From Deltaproteobacteria bacterium (lineage in GTDB: Bacteria; Myxococcota; Kuafuiibacteriia; Kuafuiibacteriales; Kuafuiibacteriaceae): a stretch of 64,000 bases of DNA. The stretch covers positions 288,001 to 352,000 of the forward strand of contig JAVJQW010000070.1 of NCBI GenBank assembly GCA_040218735.1, read 5' to 3'. The first letter of the stretch is position 1, and every line of letters starts with the position of its first letter. Below are positions 61,101 through 64,000 of this stretch, piece by piece. The notes below the pieces were generated by a model, which was given only the letters and a program-made list of their open reading frames with translations, made no database searches and had not been told where the DNA came from. Position numbers and translations under genes: made by a program.

Positions 61101-61569
61101 CCTCGACGAGGTCGTCCTCGACAAGGAGCCGGACCGCCCCGCCGGCAAACGCTTCGGCACGCTGGTGCACCAGGTCCTGCGCGACGTCGCGTTCGATGCT
61201 CCGCCCGAGGACATCCGTGCGCTCGCCGAGATGCACGCGCGGGTGCTCGGCTGCGACGGCGACGAGGTCGCGGCGGCGACCGCGGCGGTGCAGACCGCGT
61301 TGGGCAGCGAGATCATCGAGCGCGCGCGCGGCGCGACGAACGTGCAGCGTGAGTACCCGGTGGTGTTCGAGACCGACTTCGGCGAAGTGCTCGACGGCGT
61401 GATCGACCTGATCTTCGAGGAAGGCGACGACTGGGTCGTCGTCGACTACAAGACCGACCGCGATCCCTTCGAACGCACGGACGCCTACCGCCGGCAGATG
61501 GCGTGGTACCTCTTCGCGATCGAGCGCATCACGAAGCGCGGCGCCCGCGGCGTGTTGTTGTCGATTTAG
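58156..61569 (+). CDS. addA: AddA/RexA UvrD-family helicase-nuclease
   Basis: EASAGTGKT, TFTRKAAGE, VDEFQDT, VGDPKQSIYRFR, TVHSAKGLEF, YVAATRA; C-terminal nuclease GVIDL..VVDYKTD. Confidence 0.88.
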   Translation: MIDGEARDLIRQGLDESLLVEASAGTGKTYELVERLVELLASGVDVDAVVCVTFTRKAAGELKLRLREALDRKRREAIGVRKGHLERAVSRLEAAHIGTIHAFCTEILRERPVEARVDPTFTEVAEGEADAIFARAFDGWLQENLGTMPPGLQRVLSRRPPWNSDESPAQRLAGAAKTLVTWRDFPTRWRREPFDLARNLDAFVARVAEVADASEACQDDRDALRFGTEPARDFMRWYERVELDGPRDDAALEARLIDLRTQMNRGNRKKPGYGPYGEGVSRASLIGARDKLLQDLEGFARRANADLAAALQGELWDVVERYEALKARVGKLDFDDLLLRARDLVREDQGVRTYLQQRFTHLLVDEFQDTDPVQAEILFLLAADDPAESNWRRVNIVPGKLFLVGDPKQSIYRFRRADTAVYRAVKTQLEKQGVGIVRLSHSFRATAPLQAAINVAFEDRMADDADSGQAGYVPLDGGPEPPPGQPSLVALPVPHVHGKYSPYAEEIRKSLPDAVGAYIGWLLEHSGWTVREGGERVPLDAKHIAVLFRRFVASGHDVTAPYVRALERRTIRHVVVGARSLHDREEVEALLSAAQAIEWPSDELAVFATLRGPLFGLPDELLLDYRSRYHHLDPFKLPKKAPSEVLTPVVTALTILHDLSAERNDRPFVDTMQSLLAQTRAVAGFALRPGGNQVLANVQEVLNLARSFELSGGISFRGFVERLKQATEDARASDTAAYEEGTSGVRMMTVHSAKGLEFPVVILADTTASLFFSTPNRTIDPERRLCATTLMGCAPWELLDHQDREKNFDEAEGVRLAYVAATRARDLLVVPTIGEGADHMVYRGQSWVSPLDGVVYPALQNYRKSEPFPGVPVKGERSVLSYPTEPGAKTRPNVRPGWTTGRAGGPGVLWWDPATLTLDPPATFGLRHEHFLAPGDEAAQSLARHADWKAQRNKALEEGEIATVETMRATEAIEAPHGYDAILDEVVLDKEPDRPAGKRFGTLVHQVLRDVAFDAPPEDIRALAEMHARVLGCDGDEVAAATAAVQTALGSEIIERARGATNVQREYPVVFETDFGEVLDGVIDLIFEEGDDWVVVDYKTDRDPFERTDAYRRQMAWYLFAIERITKRGARGVLLSI

Positions 61570-62297
61570 GCGCGGGCGTAGAGGAACGCGTCGGCGAACA
61601 GGAAGCCCTGGACGAAGTCGACGCCGAGGCCGCGGGCGATCGAGAGGTGGCGGCGGCTCTCCACGCCTTCGAGCACGGTGCCGACGCCGCGTGCGCGCGC
61701 GAACTCGATCATGCCGCCGAGGAGGCTGCGGTACGCGGGGTCGCGGTCGAGGCGCTCGAACCAGCGGCGGTCGAGCTTGAGGTAGCGGACGTCTTCGAGG
61801 AGGTCGAACGAGAACAGGTTGTTCGTCCCGCCGATGTCGTCGAGCGCGACGTTCACGCCGGAGCCGTCGAGGCGCTGCGTGAAGCGTCGGACGTTGTCGA
61901 GGTTCGTGACCGAGGTGTTCTCGATGATCTCCACGACGAGGTCGTCCGCGCCGCCGAGCTCCGTGACCCAGTGGTCGAGCGCGGCGCCTTCGCAGACGTC
62001 GGGGTCGAGGTTCACGAACAGCGGGTGTTTCGCGGGGCGGTTCTCGAGCTGGAAGCGCTTGGCGCGGGTCTCGAGCGCGAGGAAACGCGCGCGTTGCTCG
62101 TGCAGCGCGTGGAAGACGTCGTCGGGCGCGTAGGTCGTGCCACCGACGGAGAAGCGCGCGAGCGCCTCGTAGCCCCAGATCGTCTCCTCGTCCGCGCGGA
62201 CGATCGGCTGGTACTCACACGCCGACGGGCTCGCCTCGATGGCTTCGAGCACGTCGCGCTGCGAAGGCGCGCTGCGGGGGACAGCCGACAACGGCAT
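61566..62297 (-). CDS. Stand-alone EAL-domain c-di-GMP phosphodiesterase
   Basis: YQPIV, GYEALAR, FVNL, VVEIIE, ALDDIG, LKLDR, EGVE, VQGF; start uncertain (ATG 62297). Confidence 0.88.
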   Translation of the reverse strand: MPLSAVPRSAPSQRDVLEAIEASPSACEYQPIVRADEETIWGYEALARFSVGGTTYAPDDVFHALHEQRARFLALETRAKRFQLENRPAKHPLFVNLDPDVCEGAALDHWVTELGGADDLVVEIIENTSVTNLDNVRRFTQRLDGSGVNVALDDIGGTNNLFSFDLLEDVRYLKLDRRWFERLDRDPAYRSLLGGMIEFARARGVGTVLEGVESRRHLSIARGLGVDFVQGFLFADAFLYARA

Positions 62298-62473
62298 CGG
62301 AGCGCTGATGTTAGTGACGCTCGACACGTCGAACAATCGAGAGAAGCCCTGCGGTCCGTTCGTTCTGCACTGCGCTCGTTGCAGTGCCAACGTGACACCG
62401 ACGCTCTAAACGCACGCGTAGCGCCCATTCGAAGCCGGCCCGTCCGTTGCACTGGGATCCGGACGTCACGACC

Positions 62474-63130
62474 ATGTTACGCAGCGCAGAACGAATTCTC
62501 GAAGTATTCGACACGACCACGCGCACGAGCGCGCTCCCTTCGGTGTTGGGGGTGCGACCGTTCACGAAGTGCCGGCCCGTCGCGACAGCGAACGGCGTGC
62601 TCCGGCTCGAAGCGCCCAACGCCGCCGCGCGTCTGTTCGACGCCGACGGGGTGCGCATCTTCCGCGGACACTCCGTCGGACGCTGCGTCGCGGTCGAGGG
62701 TCGGTACCGGCGTGAGAACGGTGCGTGGGTCGAGATCGAGACGCTCGTGTTCGAGTACGCCGACCCCGACGCGCTCGCGCGCCGCGCGATGCCGATGCGC
62801 AGGCTGTCGACGGTGACGCGCGCCGACGGCTCGACGCTCACGTCGACCGTCGTGCGGACGGCGTGCCCCGAGCAAGACGAAGAGCGCCTCGTGCGTCAGA
62901 CGTGTTTGCGCGGCGTCGACCGCTCGCGCGTCGAGGAGGAGGAGTCGATCCTCCGGGTGCAGGATCGCTCGCGCTACGACCTGCTGCGGCACGAGTTCGA
63001 CCCGGCGAAGAACGCGAAGAAGTCGCTCGAGTATCGCTACCCCTGGCTACCCCACGCGTTCTACGAGCGCGTCTACGCGAAGCTCGTCGATTTCGCGATG
63101 TCGACGGACGCGTGGGCCACGGCCGTGTGA
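62474..63130 (+). CDS. Hypothetical protein
   Basis: GC3-biased ORF between the EAL gene and udk; no recognisable motif. Confidence 0.65.
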   Translation: MLRSAERILEVFDTTTRTSALPSVLGVRPFTKCRPVATANGVLRLEAPNAAARLFDADGVRIFRGHSVGRCVAVEGRYRRENGAWVEIETLVFEYADPDALARRAMPMRRLSTVTRADGSTLTSTVVRTACPEQDEERLVRQTCLRGVDRSRVEEEESILRVQDRSRYDLLRHEFDPAKNAKKSLEYRYPWLPHAFYERVYAKLVDFAMSTDAWATAV

Positions 63131-63146
63131 TAGACCAGCCGGCGTC

Positions 63147-63776
63147 TTGAGCAAGCCGCTGCTGTTGGGAATCGCCGGTGGGACCGGCTCGGGCAAGACG
63201 ACGATCGCCACCGCGATCGTCGAAGCCATCGCACCGCGGTGCGTGCGCCTCGACCACGACTCGTACTACGCGGACCTGTCGCACCTCCCGTTCGAGGAGC
63301 GCACGCAGGTCAACTTCGACCACCCCGACGCGCTCGACAACGACCTCCTCGTCGAACACATCCAGGCGCTGGCCGACTACCGGCGCGTCGAAAAGCCGAT
63401 CTACGACTTCACGAAACACGTCCGCACGGAGGAGACGACGCCGATCGAGCCGGCGCCCGTGGTCGTCGTGGAGGGCATCCTCACGCTCGCGATCCCGAAG
63501 CTACGCGAGCTGTTCGACGTCCGCATCTTCGTCGACACCGACGCCGACATCCGGCTCATCCGAAGGATCCGCCGCGACATCGAGCAGCGCGGAAGATCGT
63601 TCTCCGACGTGCGCCAGCAGTACTACGGCACCGTGCGCCCGATGCACTTGGCGTTCGTGGAGCCGTCGAAGCGGTACGCGGACATCATCATCCCGGAGGG
63701 CGGGGAGAACCGGATCGCGATCGACTTCGTGGTGGGGAGGATTCGGCACTTCCTGTCCGAGACGGTGGACCTGTAG
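63147..63776 (+). CDS. udk: Uridine kinase
   Basis: GIAGGTGSGKTT, DSYY, NFDHPDA, PIYDF..H.R, VVEGIL, DADIRLIRRIRRD, FVEPSKRYADIIIP. Confidence 0.95.
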   Translation: MSKPLLLGIAGGTGSGKTTIATAIVEAIAPRCVRLDHDSYYADLSHLPFEERTQVNFDHPDALDNDLLVEHIQALADYRRVEKPIYDFTKHVRTEETTPIEPAPVVVVEGILTLAIPKLRELFDVRIFVDTDADIRLIRRIRRDIEQRGRSFSDVRQQYYGTVRPMHLAFVEPSKRYADIIIPEGGENRIAIDFVVGRIRHFLSETVDL

Positions 63777-63786
63777 CCGGCCTCAG

Positions 63787-63975
63787 ACCCTTGAACTTGA
63801 ACTTGCCCGTTCCCTTGCCCTGATTGCAGGGCCGAATTCATGGCGGTGCGAGGCGAACCGGGGCAACGGATCGGTTCGGGCAAGGGTTCGCCGTTGCCCA
63901 GGGCCCGTTAGGGATGCGCCAGGAACCCTTGCCCTGCAAGAGGGCAAGGGAACGGGCAAGTTCAAGTTCAAGGGT
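63787..63975. repeat. Long inverted-repeat element (perfect 35-bp arms; MITE/REP-like hairpin)
   Basis: 63787-63821 ACCCTTGAACTTGAACTTGCCCGTTCCCTTGCCCT is the exact reverse complement of 63941-63975; imperfect pairing continues inward and outward. Confidence 0.88.
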
Positions 63976-64000
63976 TGGCCGGGGTGGTGCGGGAATCTTC

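Noticed and set aside
51978-61352. Very long alternative ORFs (1038 aa +, 844 aa -, 849 aa +)
   Set aside because: They overlap well-supported genes (ABC transporter, addB, addA) and have the low-complexity Arg/Gly/Ala composition expected of GC-rich off-frames.
54908-61569. Helicase-nuclease pair as a novel defence system or Cas4-like module
   Set aside because: Domain order, two PD-(D/E)XK nucleases and Fe-S cysteines match ordinary AddAB recombinational repair.
63783-63971. 62-aa ORF MNLNLPVPLP... inside the inverted repeat
   Set aside because: The same peptide start appears on both strands because of the palindrome; no coding bias.

Overview
High-GC window, most likely from a Myxococcota-type (myxobacterial) chromosome; taxonomy is inferred from DGG/DAG-repeat lipoproteins, a myxobacterial-style tandem PilZ protein and the ccm gene layout. 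About 45 credible CDSs; most long ORFs in the supplied track are GC-driven shadow frames, and several starts had to be corrected. Contents in order: (1) the 3' part of a System I cytochrome c maturation operon (ccmF, ccmH, two accessory genes, ccmA, ccmB, ccmC, a ccmD-like gene and an unannotated 49-aa ORF). (2) A ~10 kb accessory block: a translationally coupled operon of TPR-CHAT (caspase-like) protease, zf-HC2 anti-sigma, S8 subtilase lipoprotein and ECF sigma factor, facing a divergent secreted M4 metalloprotease. This is the best candidate for an undescribed protease-cascade signalling system. (3) A tetraheme cytochrome with an orphan ResB-like gene, coaE, an extended SDR, a DGG-repeat lipoprotein and a rhomboid protease. 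(4) A coupled outer-membrane beta-barrel and 13-heme cytochrome c, a candidate porin-cytochrome conduit. (5) Housekeeping genes: aminopeptidase P, a DEAD-box helicase with a possibly structured leader, tkt, NCS2 permease, and the ramB-like/aceB/aceA glyoxylate shunt. (6) Tandem DUF4139 genes, a GYF-like/repeat/CPBP membrane protein, OmpA, SDR, M61 peptidase, deoxynucleoside kinase, a cNMP-ABC transporter with a degenerate ATPase, AddAB, an EAL protein and udk. (7) A ~190-bp element with perfect 35-bp inverted arms at the right end. No rRNA, tRNA, CRISPR array, integrase or transposase was seen. All family calls come from reading motifs by eye; no database search was run.
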